Part shown: positions 46,501 through 57,394 of the stretch, in pieces
Numbering within the stretch: the stretch's first letter is position 1
How the letters are laid out: each line of letters opens with the position of its first letter
Source: Patescibacteria group bacterium
GTDB taxonomy: Bacteria; Patescibacteriota; UBA1384; GWA2-35-9; JBASTP01
Assembly: GCA_049274945.1 (NCBI GenBank)
Contig: JBASTP010000006.1
Coordinates: forward strand, 29,944 to 93,943
Direction: 5' to 3'
Length of the DNA stretch: 64,000 nt
Position numbers and translations under genes: made by a program
The notes under the pieces: generated by a model
Database searches by the model: none
Told to the model about the DNA's origin: nothing
What the model saw: only the letters and a program-made list of their open reading frames with translations

Positions 46501-48951
46501 ATGTCAACCTTACGCCAGAGGCTTCAGGTTGCAAGCAGACTACTTATTAACACTATTACCATGCGTCTTCCGACTCCTGCCCCGCGAAGCCCGAGGGGTG
46601 AAGCGGGGTCAACCCTAAAGGGGCACCTTAGCCGCTGGTGGCGCCCCGCACTTTTTTTATTGGTACTGGTGGCCATTACCTGGCTGCCGCTTGCTGGCAT
46701 GAATTTTTGGCAGGACGACCGGGCGCTCATCTTTAAGCTCCAGCACCCGTTTGAATCCGCCGGTCTCTTTGGCCAGACGCTCTGGGGTAACGGCCCCTAC
46801 CGCGCCGTTGCGGCACCGATTTACCCCCTGTACCGACTCTTTGGTCTCCACCCTGCGCCGTATTTTGCACTTTCGATCATGGTTTATTTTCTCGCAACTG
46901 TCGCGGTTTGGTGGTTTGCGAGGCAGCTATTTGAACGGGGCGATTACGCCCTTGCTACCGCGGCGTTATTTGCCGTATCTCACCCGGGCGCCGACGCTAT
47001 GCTCCGGATTATCAACTCCTACCAAAACCTTTTTGGCATAATTGGAGCAGCAATAACCCTGGGAGCACTCCTTGCCCATCTCAAAACCAACCGGCTGGCT
47101 TGGTTAGGAGTCTCACTCCTTGGTTACCTAGTTACGCTGGAGCTAGCCTTCGTGCGATCTGCCAGCTTAATCATCCCAATTCTTATGGTATTGGTGTTAT
47201 TTTCGCCGCTGCGGCGCAAACGGTTAATCCCTGACCTTGGCATGATGACTGCCCGCGCCCTCCCCTACCTTGCCCTCTTTAACCACCTCTACGAACCAAC
47301 TGCTGATCCCAACCATAGTCTCTCTCGGTTTGCCGTAAGTATTGTAGCGGAGCGGAACTACCAGGCCCTCGGCTCACTCGTGGCTACGCTCGGTAATTTA
47401 GTACTTCCGCAACGCCTTGCCACCGGCCTACAACTCCCGGCGGCAACGCACACCATTATTGGCATTGGGCTTGTTATTGGAGCGCTCGGCCTTGCAGTTG
47501 CCACGTGGCGGCGCGGACCGCTAGGCCGGATTGTGATCTTTGGCCTTATTACCACCATCGCAATGTTCCTGCCAAACTGGATTCAATATCCAACCACCCC
47601 GTTCAACACCACTCACCGCTATTTGACCGGCTCGCTGCTTGGCTTTCTGCCCCTTATAGTGGTGGCGGCGTTTTATCTTACGCAGCGGCTCAAACTACCG
47701 AAGATCACCTTGTTTGGAAAGCGGCTTCCGGCGATCGTTGCCCTGCTTGTCTTTGCGTTTTTCTTGCTCAATGCCCAGTATTTGACGGGTCTCATTACCA
47801 CCCGGGCCACCCCCTCAAAACGATTCTACCGCGAGCTCAGGACCCTTGTTCCCGAGCTGCCCAAAGGTTCGGTGATCTATTTTGAAGTAGCCAGAGACGG
47901 CACAACACAGGCACAATTCCGCGATTTTTTCGCCGTCGGCTCGATGCCGAATGAAACCGCCATAGCTATCTACTATGGCATTGATCGTTATGACCTTAGG
48001 ATTGCCGAATCAACCGATGAGCTCCTTGCCCTAGCGGCAAAAAATGAGACGCCTATTAATCAACTGTACTATTTCCGCTATGGCCCTGGTGGCCTGGCTG
48101 ATCAATCAGCCAAGTTTCGCGACCTACTCAATAAGGGCCTGGACGTCAATCTCGAAGGAAAAACCATTACTCAGGGTGAGAGCGCGAGTTTTCAACTCAA
48201 TGAGTTGACTGCCGGCTTACCGGCGTTCCTTACGCTAAACTACCAATTCAACCCCTCAGGCAGTGAGCCGCTCCTTGATCCAACACTTAACGCTGCCATC
48301 GAGTTTCGCCAATCGCTCACCGCCAGTGTGTCATCGCAGTGGCGGTTCCATGAAGCCACCAACTTGCTCGACGGCGACCCGGAAACACCCTGGATGGCCC
48401 ACCGGATCCACTGGAACGACTATAGCCAAGAAGAACTTGTGATTGATTTTGGCGCCCCCAGGACGATCGATCATCTGACGTGGGCAAATGGCTCAGAAAG
48501 CCGCACCCCTACGAACTACGCGATCGCCGCCGATCAAGGGGGTGGTTGGAAAACCCTGCTTGAACGCACGAAAAACCCCAGCCGAAAAACTAATGAGGTA
48601 ATCGAGGAGCGTTTTGGTTCTATTACCACCTCTAAACTGCGCCTCACCATCACCGCAAGCTCCGGTGGCGACGCCCCCCAGGTTGGTGAGCTCTATCCGC
48701 TACCGAACGTCGAGCCACCGCTTGCAGTAACGGTTGGAACGCCTGCCAAGCGATTACCGCAAGTCGTAGCAATCAAACCAGGCAGTGAAAGCATTGAAAT
48801 TGCCCTGCCGACCGTAGTAACCTTAAATCCCATTGTGCTCGGCCCACTCAAACCCGCAGGCACCCTAACGGTTGAACGAGCACAGGTGCGGATTCCGAGC
48901 CTTAACGAGCTCAAAACCAAGGGACTACTAAAACAGTTTAGCGATAATTGA
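46501..48951 (+). CDS. Large membrane protein: N-terminal GT-C-like polytopic domain plus C-terminal F5/8-type-C (discoidin) carbohydrate-binding-like domain
   Basis: About 12 TM helices, then WRFHEATNLLDGDPETPWMAHRIHWNDYSQEELVIDFGAPRTIDHLTWANG (discoidin-like). The start is uncertain; candidates are 46453, 46501 and 46561. Confidence 0.45.
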   Translation: MSTLRQRLQVASRLLINTITMRLPTPAPRSPRGEAGSTLKGHLSRWWRPALFLLVLVAITWLPLAGMNFWQDDRALIFKLQHPFESAGLFGQTLWGNGPYRAVAAPIYPLYRLFGLHPAPYFALSIMVYFLATVAVWWFARQLFERGDYALATAALFAVSHPGADAMLRIINSYQNLFGIIGAAITLGALLAHLKTNRLAWLGVSLLGYLVTLELAFVRSASLIIPILMVLVLFSPLRRKRLIPDLGMMTARALPYLALFNHLYEPTADPNHSLSRFAVSIVAERNYQALGSLVATLGNLVLPQRLATGLQLPAATHTIIGIGLVIGALGLAVATWRRGPLGRIVIFGLITTIAMFLPNWIQYPTTPFNTTHRYLTGSLLGFLPLIVVAAFYLTQRLKLPKITLFGKRLPAIVALLVFAFFLLNAQYLTGLITTRATPSKRFYRELRTLVPELPKGSVIYFEVARDGTTQAQFRDFFAVGSMPNETAIAIYYGIDRYDLRIAESTDELLALAAKNETPINQLYYFRYGPGGLADQSAKFRDLLNKGLDVNLEGKTITQGESASFQLNELTAGLPAFLTLNYQFNPSGSEPLLDPTLNAAIEFRQSLTASVSSQWRFHEATNLLDGDPETPWMAHRIHWNDYSQEELVIDFGAPRTIDHLTWANGSESRTPTNYAIAADQGGGWKTLLERTKNPSRKTNEVIEERFGSITTSKLRLTITASSGGDAPQVGELYPLPNVEPPLAVTVGTPAKRLPQVVAIKPGSESIEIALPTVVTLNPIVLGPLKPAGTLTVERAQVRIPSLNELKTKGLLKQFSDN

Positions 48952-49709
48952 TGCCAAAACCGAAAAATTCGAAGATTATTGTGGTGATGCCGGCCTATAA
49001 CGCCGAGCGCACAATCGAGCAAACCTATGCTGACATTCCCAAGGGCTTGGTGGACGAGGTGATTGTGGTGGATGATGCCTCCCACGACCGGACGATTGCC
49101 AAAGCAAAAAGTTTGGGCCTCACCACGGTTGCCCACCCCGAGAATCGGGGCTACGGTGGCAACCAGAAAACCTGCTACGCCACCGCACTCAAAAAAGGCG
49201 CTGACATTGTGGTGATGATCCACCCCGACTACCAGTACGATGCCACCTTAACCGGCGAAATGATCCGGCCCATCCAGCAGAACCGCTACGATATTATGCT
49301 GGGCAGCCGCATCCGGACGCGTGATGAAGCGCTCGCCGGCGGTATGCCCGTCTGGAAGTACCTTGCCAATCGTTTGCTGACCGCGCTCGAGAACATGGTG
49401 CTGGGGCTTAACCTTTCCGAATATCACACTGGTTTTCGGGCGTTCTCAGCTCGCAGCCTCAAACAATTGCCGCTTGAAGGTAACAGCGACGACTTTATTT
49501 TCGACCAAGAGATTCTAGTTGAGGCGATTGCCCGGGGTATGCGGATCGGCGAGATTCCGGTGCCGGTGCGCTACTTCGACGAGGCCTCCTCGATCAACTT
49601 CCGCCGTTCGGTGGTTTATGGCCTTGGCATCCTGTGGCTCCTTATGCGCTACATTCTCCACAGAGTGGGTCTTGTGAAAGATAGGCGCCTTGAGGACATT
49701 AACCGTTAA
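48948..49709 (+). CDS. GT2 glycosyltransferase (DPM synthase-like, soluble)
   Basis: IIVVMPAYNAERTI...VIVVDDASHDRT...HPDYQYD. Confidence 0.8.
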   Translation: MMPKPKNSKIIVVMPAYNAERTIEQTYADIPKGLVDEVIVVDDASHDRTIAKAKSLGLTTVAHPENRGYGGNQKTCYATALKKGADIVVMIHPDYQYDATLTGEMIRPIQQNRYDIMLGSRIRTRDEALAGGMPVWKYLANRLLTALENMVLGLNLSEYHTGFRAFSARSLKQLPLEGNSDDFIFDQEILVEAIARGMRIGEIPVPVRYFDEASSINFRRSVVYGLGILWLLMRYILHRVGLVKDRRLEDINR

Positions 49710-50130
49710 TCCTTGCAAGAAAATCCGCTGGGCTTAATATCTGGGTGTACATAAAACTCTTGAGTTTCAATACGTGTTGGTCGCCGCTGACAATATAATT
49801 TGCCAATGTTGCCGCGGCACAGGATAACACTTTATCGTCGTCTGGATCCTCTTGAATAACCCCAATTGGGTAGTCTTCCTCTTCAATCTTGTCCACAAGA
49901 TCAACGAACCGTTCGATGATCTGATTTTTAACTAATCCGTGCCTTGCGATCGCATCGTGTAACCTTGGGTAATCAAGTACTTTTGTTAGCTCATCAATGA
50001 TTGATTTTGAAGTAGCAATGCTGATTGTTCCCTGCTCCGCTAAATCAAAAATGGCTCTGGGTGCGCCTTTCCAGAGCAACGCCGAAACAATCACATTAGT
50101 GTCGAGTACTACGATTGGCTTCTCGCCCAT
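49699..50130 (-). CDS. vapC: PIN-domain toxin (VapC-like)
   Basis: IVVLDTNVIVSALL...DDDKVLSCAA...VSGDQHV carries the PIN acidic residues. Confidence 0.7.
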   Translation of the reverse strand: MGEKPIVVLDTNVIVSALLWKGAPRAIFDLAEQGTISIATSKSIIDELTKVLDYPRLHDAIARHGLVKNQIIERFVDLVDKIEEEDYPIGVIQEDPDDDKVLSCAAATLANYIVSGDQHVLKLKSFMYTQILSPADFLARING

Positions 50131-50345
50131 TTGATCGCTTGGTCGAGATCACGATAACTGATGACTTTACCAATTTTTTTAAGTTGTTTGTCAACCTCTT
50201 GAGACTGCCGTTTGCTGATTTTTTTCTTGATAATTAAAACTCCTGGAGCGGTATCAATTTCCACCCGTTGGGTGGTCTGCCACTCTTTCTTGGCCCACTT
50301 GGGTATGGGTAATTTTTGGGCAATAGCTTTATCTAATACAGGCAT
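50109..50345 (-). CDS. Putative antitoxin (VapB/AbrB-like) overlapping the vapC start
   Basis: A 78-aa ORF from ATG 50345 with an AGGAG RBS, overlapping the PIN gene by 22 nt. Confidence 0.45.
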   Translation of the reverse strand: MPVLDKAIAQKLPIPKWAKKEWQTTQRVEIDTAPGVLIIKKKISKRQSQEVDKQLKKIGKVISYRDLDQAIKWARSQS

Positions 50346-50392
50346 AATTACTCCTAAGTTCCAGCTTATACCCATTGCAGTGTTTAAGCAAC

Positions 50393-50433
50393 CAAAAAAC
50401 GGTTCGGTCTTTTTCGTCAAAGACCGAACCGTG
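50393..50433 (-). terminator. Rho-independent terminator for the minus gene 51145-50480
   Basis: The minus strand reads acggttcggtcttt-gacgaaa-aagaccgaaccgt followed by tttttt. Confidence 0.65.
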
Positions 50434-50479
50434 CAAGGCACAATAGTCCAAAAGGACTAAGGTGCCCAAGTCACAAGGG

Positions 50480-51145
50480 TTACTCGCGACAGAACACCCA
50501 ACGGTAGCAGCCGTCCCAGAAGAAGTCGGGGCAGCCGCTGCGACCGTCGAGATACTGGCCATCGTGGCCGTGCTCGACGCTGAAAACCTCGAGGTAGCCG
50601 TCGGAGTCTGCTATCGGTTCCATGGCAACTAAACGAAAGTCGTCCATGGGCTGATCCGACCATTGCCGCCTGAGCTGCGGGCCAACCTCGTCAGGGCACA
50701 ACTTGTAGCCGAGTGTGCGAATACGACGATACGTATCCTTCACAAACCCGCCACTGGGCAAGCCGAGTTCAGCGTTGGTTGCACTGAACAGCTTCATGTT
50801 GATCGGCTTTGGAGCGATAGTGATCCGATCAAGGATATCGCCGCCCCATGGGCCGATCTTGTTGCCGCCATCCAGGATAGCCTGGCGCAATTCGGGAACG
50901 GTCTTGTGCGTGCCAAGCTGGATAATCCTCCAGGGTGGCCGCTCGACGACCGACACGGTTTGTGCCCGCTCATCGGCGAGCGCGTCGAGCAGCCCATGAA
51001 AGCGCCCGACAAATTCCGGATGCCCCTTGGCGAGTTCCGCCTTGGCAGTGCCGCCGGAATAATTCCGAGTGGCATCCTCGGCCATACGGCCGATATGTCT
51101 CGCGATACCATCCTTGACTAACCCAGAAGTACGCTGATTTCTCAT
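50480..51145 (-). CDS. Hypothetical protein (221 aa), GC-rich orphan gene
   Basis: Long ORF with its own terminator, and long antisense ORFs typical of high GC. No family recognised. Confidence 0.45.
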   Translation of the reverse strand: MRNQRTSGLVKDGIARHIGRMAEDATRNYSGGTAKAELAKGHPEFVGRFHGLLDALADERAQTVSVVERPPWRIIQLGTHKTVPELRQAILDGGNKIGPWGGDILDRITIAPKPINMKLFSATNAELGLPSGGFVKDTYRRIRTLGYKLCPDEVGPQLRRQWSDQPMDDFRLVAMEPIADSDGYLEVFSVEHGHDGQYLDGRSGCPDFFWDGCYRWVFCRE

Positions 51146-51385
51146 CAGGTAGCTCCTTTCTGCGGTTAGAGCCCGCCGGCTTTGCAGTTCAGCCTCCCTT
51201 GAACCGAACTAACACCAAGAGTGCCTTAGGATTACTTCAGTTCAAAGGAGTATTTTCATGTACTAAAAACATAGCTCGCCCCTCCGCGAGCCTACCGGTA
51301 ATCATACCATATTCAGGAGAAAAAGTCAACCGTAATCCCCTGCTCCACGCTAGCAGAAGGCAGCTATTTTAAGTATAATAAGAGC

Positions 51386-52333
51386 TTGATGTCGGCATTT
51401 TTCCGCAACAACAAGATCCTCGTTACCGGCGGTAAGGGATTTTTGGGGCAATTTGTGGTGGCCGAGCTCAAACGCCGCGGCGCCACTAAAATTACCGTAC
51501 CCGAATATCCGAAAACCGACCTCACGCGCCTGGAGGACTGCCGCAGGGTGGTGAAAGGGCAGGATATGGTGATCCACCTCGCCGCCAAAGTGGGCGGCAT
51601 TGGCTTTAACCGAGAAAAACCGGGCGAACTCTACTACGATAACCTGATGATGAGCGCCCAGCTCATGGATGAAGCTCGCAAAGCCGGGGTGAAAAAATAC
51701 GTAACCCTTGCCACGGTTTGTTCTTACCCCAAGTTCACGCCGGTGCCGTTCAAAGAAAGCTCGCTCTGGCAAGGCTACCCCGAGGAAACCAACGCGCCGT
51801 ACGGCCTTGCCAAACTCATGCAGCTCGTTCAATCACAAGCTTACCGGCAGCAGTACGGCTTTAACAGTATTGTGCTCTTTCCGGTCAACCTCTATGGACC
51901 CGGCGATAACTTTGATCCTAAATCGTCCCATGCCCTACCGGCGCTCATTCGCAAGGTCTATGAAGCAAAGCTAGCAGGTGAGGACCACATTGTGCTGTGG
52001 GGCACCGGCAAAGCCACCCGCGGGTTTCTCTATGTCGAAGATGCCGCAAAAGGTATCGTGATGGCCGCCGAAAAATACAATAAATCGCAGCCGGTTAACC
52101 TTGGCTCACCGATTGAAATCTCCATTCTTGATCTTGCCCACCTGATTATGAAACTGGTCGGCTATAAAGGTAAAATTGTCTTTGATAAATCAAAACCCGA
52201 TGGCCAACCCCGGCGCGGGCTTGATGTTTCGAGAGCGAAAAAAGAGTTTGGTTTTATCGCCAATACCTCATTTGAGCAAGGCCTCAAAAACACTATTGAT
52301 TGGTATGCGAGCAACCGAAAAAAAATTATTTGA
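51386..52333 (+). CDS. fcl: GDP-L-fucose synthase (GDP-4-keto-6-deoxymannose 3,5-epimerase/4-reductase)
   Basis: [12 protein letters not shown]...[11 protein letters not shown]...YGLAKLM...LYGPGDNFD. Confidence 0.85.
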   Translation: MMSAFFRNNKILVTGGKGFLGQFVVAELKRRGATKITVPEYPKTDLTRLEDCRRVVKGQDMVIHLAAKVGGIGFNREKPGELYYDNLMMSAQLMDEARKAGVKKYVTLATVCSYPKFTPVPFKESSLWQGYPEETNAPYGLAKLMQLVQSQAYRQQYGFNSIVLFPVNLYGPGDNFDPKSSHALPALIRKVYEAKLAGEDHIVLWGTGKATRGFLYVEDAAKGIVMAAEKYNKSQPVNLGSPIEISILDLAHLIMKLVGYKGKIVFDKSKPDGQPRRGLDVSRAKKEFGFIANTSFEQGLKNTIDWYASNRKKII

Positions 52334-53534
52334 AGCGAGTCCCGACCCGAAGGCGTCGGGATCAAAAACCGTGAAACAATCCTTGAAGAATAAATCAATC
52401 GCGGTTGCTACCCATTACTACGGCACCGGGCCGGGCGAGGCGCTCCGCGAGTTTCTGCCCACCCGAGTGGCGAATTTTTTTTGGTTGGGCTATCCCCTCT
52501 ACCCCTTCGACTCCGCTCAGGGTAAACCGGTGATAGTTGAATCAAAAATCGGCAGGCACCGAAGATCCAATGAAGCTCGCTGGCGCTCGATGCCGGAACT
52601 CATGCGTTACGGAGCCGAAGTGCGCCACACCGTCCGAACCATCATCAAAAGTGGGGTGTACTATGATCTTTTTATCGGGATTGATAGCCTTAATGCCCTG
52701 GCCGGCATTATTTTGAAAAAGCTCGGCCGGGTTGAGAGGGTCGCCTTTTACACCATTGATTTTGTACCGAAACGCTTCACTAACCCTGTGCTCAACAGCC
52801 TCTACCACCGGATCGACCGGCTCTGCGTTACGCAAGCCGATGTCACCTGGAATCTCTCGCCCCGTATGGTGGAAGGTCGAGAAAAAGTGAGCAACTACCC
52901 CAAGCGGCTCCGAGCCAAACAACGCACCATGCCGATTGGCGTGTGGTGGAGCAAAAATAAGGTAGCACCGGCATCAAAAATAAAGCACAACCAAGCAATC
53001 TTTGTGGGCCACGTTACCGAAAAACAGGGTGTTCAGTTGGTGATTGAGGCAATCCCGCAAATTCTCCGCTCGATCCCCAACTTTCACCTCGAGATTGTTG
53101 GCGACGGGCCGTATCGCGGCGCCCTCGAGCAGCTGGTAACCGACAAAAAACTTGAACGGGTGGTTAATTTTCGCGGGTTCGTCAAATCAGACCGGGCGGT
53201 CGAGCAAATGGTCAGCCGCTCTGGCGTGACGCTCGCGCTCTACCGTAAAAAAGACGATCCCTTTACCTACTACGCCGACCCAGGCAAGCTCAAGGTCTAC
53301 CTTGCGGCTGGTGTGCCGGTAATTTTGACTGACTTACCGGCAAGCGCTCAACAAATTGTGCAGGCCAAAGCAGGCATGATCTGTGAGTACGAACCCGACT
53401 CAGTCGCCCAAGCGATCATCAAAATCCTCAAAAACCCAGTATTGGCTGCCCGCTACCGGCGCAACGCTCGGGCCTTTGCTAAACAGTTCGATTGGCCAAC
53501 GATTTTTGACCAAGCGTTCCAGTCGGTCATATGA
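52305..53534 (+). CDS. GT4 family glycosyltransferase
   Basis: ...[17 protein letters not shown]...LEIVGDGP.... The start is taken at ATG 52305 inside the fcl 3' end; the track ORF starts at 52176. Confidence 0.7.
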   Translation: MRATEKKLFEASPDPKASGSKTVKQSLKNKSIAVATHYYGTGPGEALREFLPTRVANFFWLGYPLYPFDSAQGKPVIVESKIGRHRRSNEARWRSMPELMRYGAEVRHTVRTIIKSGVYYDLFIGIDSLNALAGIILKKLGRVERVAFYTIDFVPKRFTNPVLNSLYHRIDRLCVTQADVTWNLSPRMVEGREKVSNYPKRLRAKQRTMPIGVWWSKNKVAPASKIKHNQAIFVGHVTEKQGVQLVIEAIPQILRSIPNFHLEIVGDGPYRGALEQLVTDKKLERVVNFRGFVKSDRAVEQMVSRSGVTLALYRKKDDPFTYYADPGKLKVYLAAGVPVILTDLPASAQQIVQAKAGMICEYEPDSVAQAIIKILKNPVLAARYRRNARAFAKQFDWPTIFDQAFQSVI

Positions 53535-54535
53535 ATAAACCAGTTGTTTCGATCGTGATCGTCAACCTAAATGGCGCGGCATATCTAGGCCGATGCCTTG
53601 ATTCGATTGCCAGGATTAAGCAGCCTAATTTTGAAGTGATCGTTGTTGACAACAACTCTACTGACCGCTCAAAACAAATTATTAAACGTCATGGCAAGCG
53701 CGTTATGGCAATCTGGAATAATGAAAATAAAGGTTTTTGCGCCGCTAATAATCAGGGCGCCAAAGCGGCCCGCGGCGAGTTCCTGCTGCTACTAAATAAC
53801 GACACCGAGGTGCCGGAAAACCTGCTCGCCATCTTAGTTGCGAAACTGCGACAGGATACGACGATTGGCATTATCCAGCCCAAAATCTTGCTCAAGGACG
53901 AACCAGGCCACCTCGATTCAGTGGGTGGCTTCCTTACTTGGACCGGTTTTTTGAACCATGTTGGCATTCACGAGGTTGATCGCGGCCAATACGACAGCGA
54001 ATTTCCCGTGTTCTCACCTAAAGGCGCCTGTATGATGATCCGTAATACCCTGTTTGCCAAGGTAGGTGGCTTTGATAAAGATTTCTTCGCTTATTTCGAG
54101 GAAACCGACCTCGCCTGGCGAGTGTGGCTTACCGGAAAACGCGTGGTGTTCTATCCGAACGTTTCAATCCTCCACCTCATGGGTCGCACTACCCGGACGC
54201 TCGATTTTAACTTCATCCAGTTTCATTCCTACAAAAACCGGATTGCCTCGCTTATTAAAAACGTTGGCACTGCTTCGATCTGGCGAGGGTTCGCCCACAT
54301 TGCGATTGTGATAGGACTCTCTAGCTTCTACCTGCTGATCGGTCAATGGTCGACTAGTTTGCCAATTTGGCGTGCGCTTTACTGGAACGTTCGAAATCTG
54401 GGAGCAACCTTTCGCAAAAGGCATATCGTCCAACAAATGCGTCGCATTGATGACTCGTTTTTAAAGCTCGTCTCAAAATCAGCCAATGTGCCTAAAGCGA
54501 TCCGTGATGTTTTTTACCTTAATCATGAGCACTGA
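53531..54535 (+). CDS. GT2 family glycosyltransferase
   Basis: VSIVIVNLNGAAYL...VIVVDNNSTD...LLLNNDTEV. Confidence 0.8.
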   Translation: MNKPVVSIVIVNLNGAAYLGRCLDSIARIKQPNFEVIVVDNNSTDRSKQIIKRHGKRVMAIWNNENKGFCAANNQGAKAARGEFLLLLNNDTEVPENLLAILVAKLRQDTTIGIIQPKILLKDEPGHLDSVGGFLTWTGFLNHVGIHEVDRGQYDSEFPVFSPKGACMMIRNTLFAKVGGFDKDFFAYFEETDLAWRVWLTGKRVVFYPNVSILHLMGRTTRTLDFNFIQFHSYKNRIASLIKNVGTASIWRGFAHIAIVIGLSSFYLLIGQWSTSLPIWRALYWNVRNLGATFRKRHIVQQMRRIDDSFLKLVSKSANVPKAIRDVFYLNHEH

Positions 54536-54538
54536 TCC

Positions 54539-57394
54539 ATGACTAAACTCAAAAAATTATGGTGGTTAGCCCTATTACCGCTGATCGGATTACCCTGGCT
54601 GTGGCTACGACCGGGCGAACTTATCCATTTTGTGGATTTTTCCTTCCCCCTCTCGGGCGCGCTGGCGTTTGGCCGAAGTCTTTTTTCCTGGGATCAGATT
54701 GATAACCTCGGTTGTCTTTTCGGCGCCCAGTTCTACCCGCCGCGTCTGCTTATTCATGGTTTTATTTACCTCACCGAACTTACACAACTCAATCCCCAAA
54801 AACTCTGGCTCGGGTTGTCACTTTTTGCTCCCGCCCTTACCATGGGTCTACTCGTTAGCGAGCTACTCCATGGGCTGGATGAAAAAAAACGGCGGCTTGC
54901 GGCAATTGTTGGCGGTTTTTTTGCCGCCTTGAACCTCTATCTTTTAGTACAAATCCTCGACCTTGCGATGGTACTCCAACTTGTCTTCGTACCGCTCGTG
55001 CTCTACCTAAGTTTTAAGGCTGCTCGAACCGGGGACTATTGGCGATATGGCCTACTAACTGCTCTCGTGAGTCCCGGACTCGCGATATTAAATCCATCGT
55101 CTTCGGCTACAGGATTGTTCATCATTGCGCTCTCGATCGGTCGGGGGGTATTGCGTAAATATCAGCGCAAACAAAAACAAGAACTCGTAAACTTCCTGCG
55201 CTACATTGCCATCGCGCTCGTAGGAGCAATCCTCATTAACATTTGGTGGTTTGTCCCATTCATTAGCACGTTAGGTTCGATTACCAGCTCGGTTGAAATC
55301 CCTACCACTGATTGGCTTTCCGGCACTTCAGCCGGGACGAGCCTATGGAACGTGGCGCGCCTGGTCGGCGCCTGGGACTGGTTTAGTACGTTTAACGGCG
55401 AGCCATACGTTCCCTATGCCAGCCGCTACCTAGGATTGGGCATAGTGGGGGCCGTAGCGCTCGTGCCTGCGGTACTGGCGCTCATCGGCTACCTAAAGCG
55501 GCCAACGCGTTCATTCAATTTTTTCGCCATGATTGCGCTAGCTGGAATCCTCCTTGCCGCCGGTGCGCACGGCATTACGGGAAGAGTTTTCAAGATGCTG
55601 TACCAGTATGTGCCGGGGTTCTGGCTCTTCCGTTCGCCCTGGTACAAATTTTCGCTCTGGATTGTGATCGGTTTTGCGCCGCTCATTGGGTGGGTGTGTA
55701 TCTGGTTGGCCGATCGGTTTAAACTCAAACCCATCCTAGTGGCTGCTACCGCGGTGCTGCTTTTTGGCATCATTGCCCACCCGCTCGTCACCGGGGAGCG
55801 GTTTACCAAACCGAGCCCGAACCGCAGCCTTGCGGTAAACCGGCTCACTATTCCTAGCTACATCAATGAAACTGCTGATTTTCTCAATGCGCAGCAGGAC
55901 CAGGGCCGTCTGTTGATGCTGCCGCAAATTTTCCACGATACCACCAAGTACCGCTGGGGATACGGTAGTCTAAAGAGCCCCTTATACGACCTCCTTGAAA
56001 ACCGGGCGATGGTCTACCGCACGCTCGGGCAGGAACTTGACTATACTCCGCTCCTTAACCGGTTGCGCGATAGCCTGCGCGCCAGGGACAAGCAAGCCGC
56101 CCGGCAGGTTATTGACCTTATGGGCGTCCGCTACGTGCTCCACCAACGCGATTTTGACCTGGAGTTTTTCAAGAACGATCCCTCAGCCGACGACCTTGAA
56201 CGGTATGTGATCCTCCTTGGCGGTGAGCTTACCCACCAATCGGGTGAGTGGTTGGTCTATGACTTGGGCGAAACGAAACTTGCCGAGGGACTCACGGGTG
56301 TGGTGGTAGCCGACCGATTTGAGAACCTCTTTAATCAAGAGTTTCCCAAAGATACTGCACTCACGAACTTAGCGCCTTCCGAACTTAAACCCTCGCAAAC
56401 CGGCGGCATGATCCGCCTAACCCTCGATGATCTTAGGAAGGAAGACGGCCTGCTCAAAACCACCGTTCGCGCGCCGGTAGTAGGCAGCTACCGCATTGGC
56501 GGCAATGTGGTGCCAAACCTTACCATCAACGGGCAGCTCCTTACCAAAGGAGCAACCGTTGAACTGAAGGAGGACAACGAATTTGCCCTGGAACCCGGCG
56601 AGAAGCTGCCGCTTACCAACCTGGATTTCAAAAACGGCCTCAACGGTTGGCTGGTACAGAATCTTGCCCTCAATCCCGACAAATCGATTAAACGGGGCGT
56701 TGTGCCGGTCGCAGCGGAGCACGGCGACGCGGCAGAACTCCGGGCGGTCGACGATTGGGTAGCACTCAACCGTGATCTGCCACCCCTTTCAGTCCACGCG
56801 GTGGTAATCTCATTCGATCTTGATCAAGTCAGTGGCCAGTTTGAGGTGGCAATCGATCAACCCAAAAACCATAAAAGTTTCCCGGTGCTCGTTGACTCAA
56901 TGCCAAAAAAACGCCACTACGACCTTATCGTCTACGGCGAAATCTTCAATACGCCAACTCAGCTCTACTTCTACCTCGGGCCTAACGAGGGTGAGGGACT
57001 AGCCCGAGTGAGCAATGTCACAATCTACCCGGTCAAAAATCCGGTTGAAGTATTGCTCAATAAACCTCCTGAAGGGTTCACCAAAGCAGATTTCCGCTAC
57101 GACCGTCCTTCGCCGACCACCATTAACCTAAAAACCGAAACTAGCGGGCCATTCCTTATTCACGTCAAAGAACACTACGATCCCCGTTGGATACTCCGGG
57201 GACATGGTTTTACCGCCAAACCGATCAAAATCAACAACGCCACGATGGCTTTTGTGGTTGATCGAGGCGACCTCAAAGAGTTTTCTCTAGAACTTAGTCT
57301 CACGAAGAACTATCGGGCTGCCATGGCGGTGAGTTTTGCAGCGGTCGTATTTATCCTCGCAGCCCTAGCCCAAAGGCACTATAATAGAAGGTAA
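54539..57394 (+). CDS. YfhO/DUF3367-like polytopic membrane glycosyltransferase with C-terminal beta-rich domain (paralog 1 of 3)
   Basis: 951 aa. The motifs LWNVARLVGAWDWF and FRSPWYKF are shared with the next gene. C-terminal tail PRWILRGHGFTAKPIKINNATMAFVV. Confidence 0.5.
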   Translation: MTKLKKLWWLALLPLIGLPWLWLRPGELIHFVDFSFPLSGALAFGRSLFSWDQIDNLGCLFGAQFYPPRLLIHGFIYLTELTQLNPQKLWLGLSLFAPALTMGLLVSELLHGLDEKKRRLAAIVGGFFAALNLYLLVQILDLAMVLQLVFVPLVLYLSFKAARTGDYWRYGLLTALVSPGLAILNPSSSATGLFIIALSIGRGVLRKYQRKQKQELVNFLRYIAIALVGAILINIWWFVPFISTLGSITSSVEIPTTDWLSGTSAGTSLWNVARLVGAWDWFSTFNGEPYVPYASRYLGLGIVGAVALVPAVLALIGYLKRPTRSFNFFAMIALAGILLAAGAHGITGRVFKMLYQYVPGFWLFRSPWYKFSLWIVIGFAPLIGWVCIWLADRFKLKPILVAATAVLLFGIIAHPLVTGERFTKPSPNRSLAVNRLTIPSYINETADFLNAQQDQGRLLMLPQIFHDTTKYRWGYGSLKSPLYDLLENRAMVYRTLGQELDYTPLLNRLRDSLRARDKQAARQVIDLMGVRYVLHQRDFDLEFFKNDPSADDLERYVILLGGELTHQSGEWLVYDLGETKLAEGLTGVVVADRFENLFNQEFPKDTALTNLAPSELKPSQTGGMIRLTLDDLRKEDGLLKTTVRAPVVGSYRIGGNVVPNLTINGQLLTKGATVELKEDNEFALEPGEKLPLTNLDFKNGLNGWLVQNLALNPDKSIKRGVVPVAAEHGDAAELRAVDDWVALNRDLPPLSVHAVVISFDLDQVSGQFEVAIDQPKNHKSFPVLVDSMPKKRHYDLIVYGEIFNTPTQLYFYLGPNEGEGLARVSNVTIYPVKNPVEVLLNKPPEGFTKADFRYDRPSPTTINLKTETSGPFLIHVKEHYDPRWILRGHGFTAKPIKINNATMAFVVDRGDLKEFSLELSLTKNYRAAMAVSFAAVVFILAALAQRHYNRR

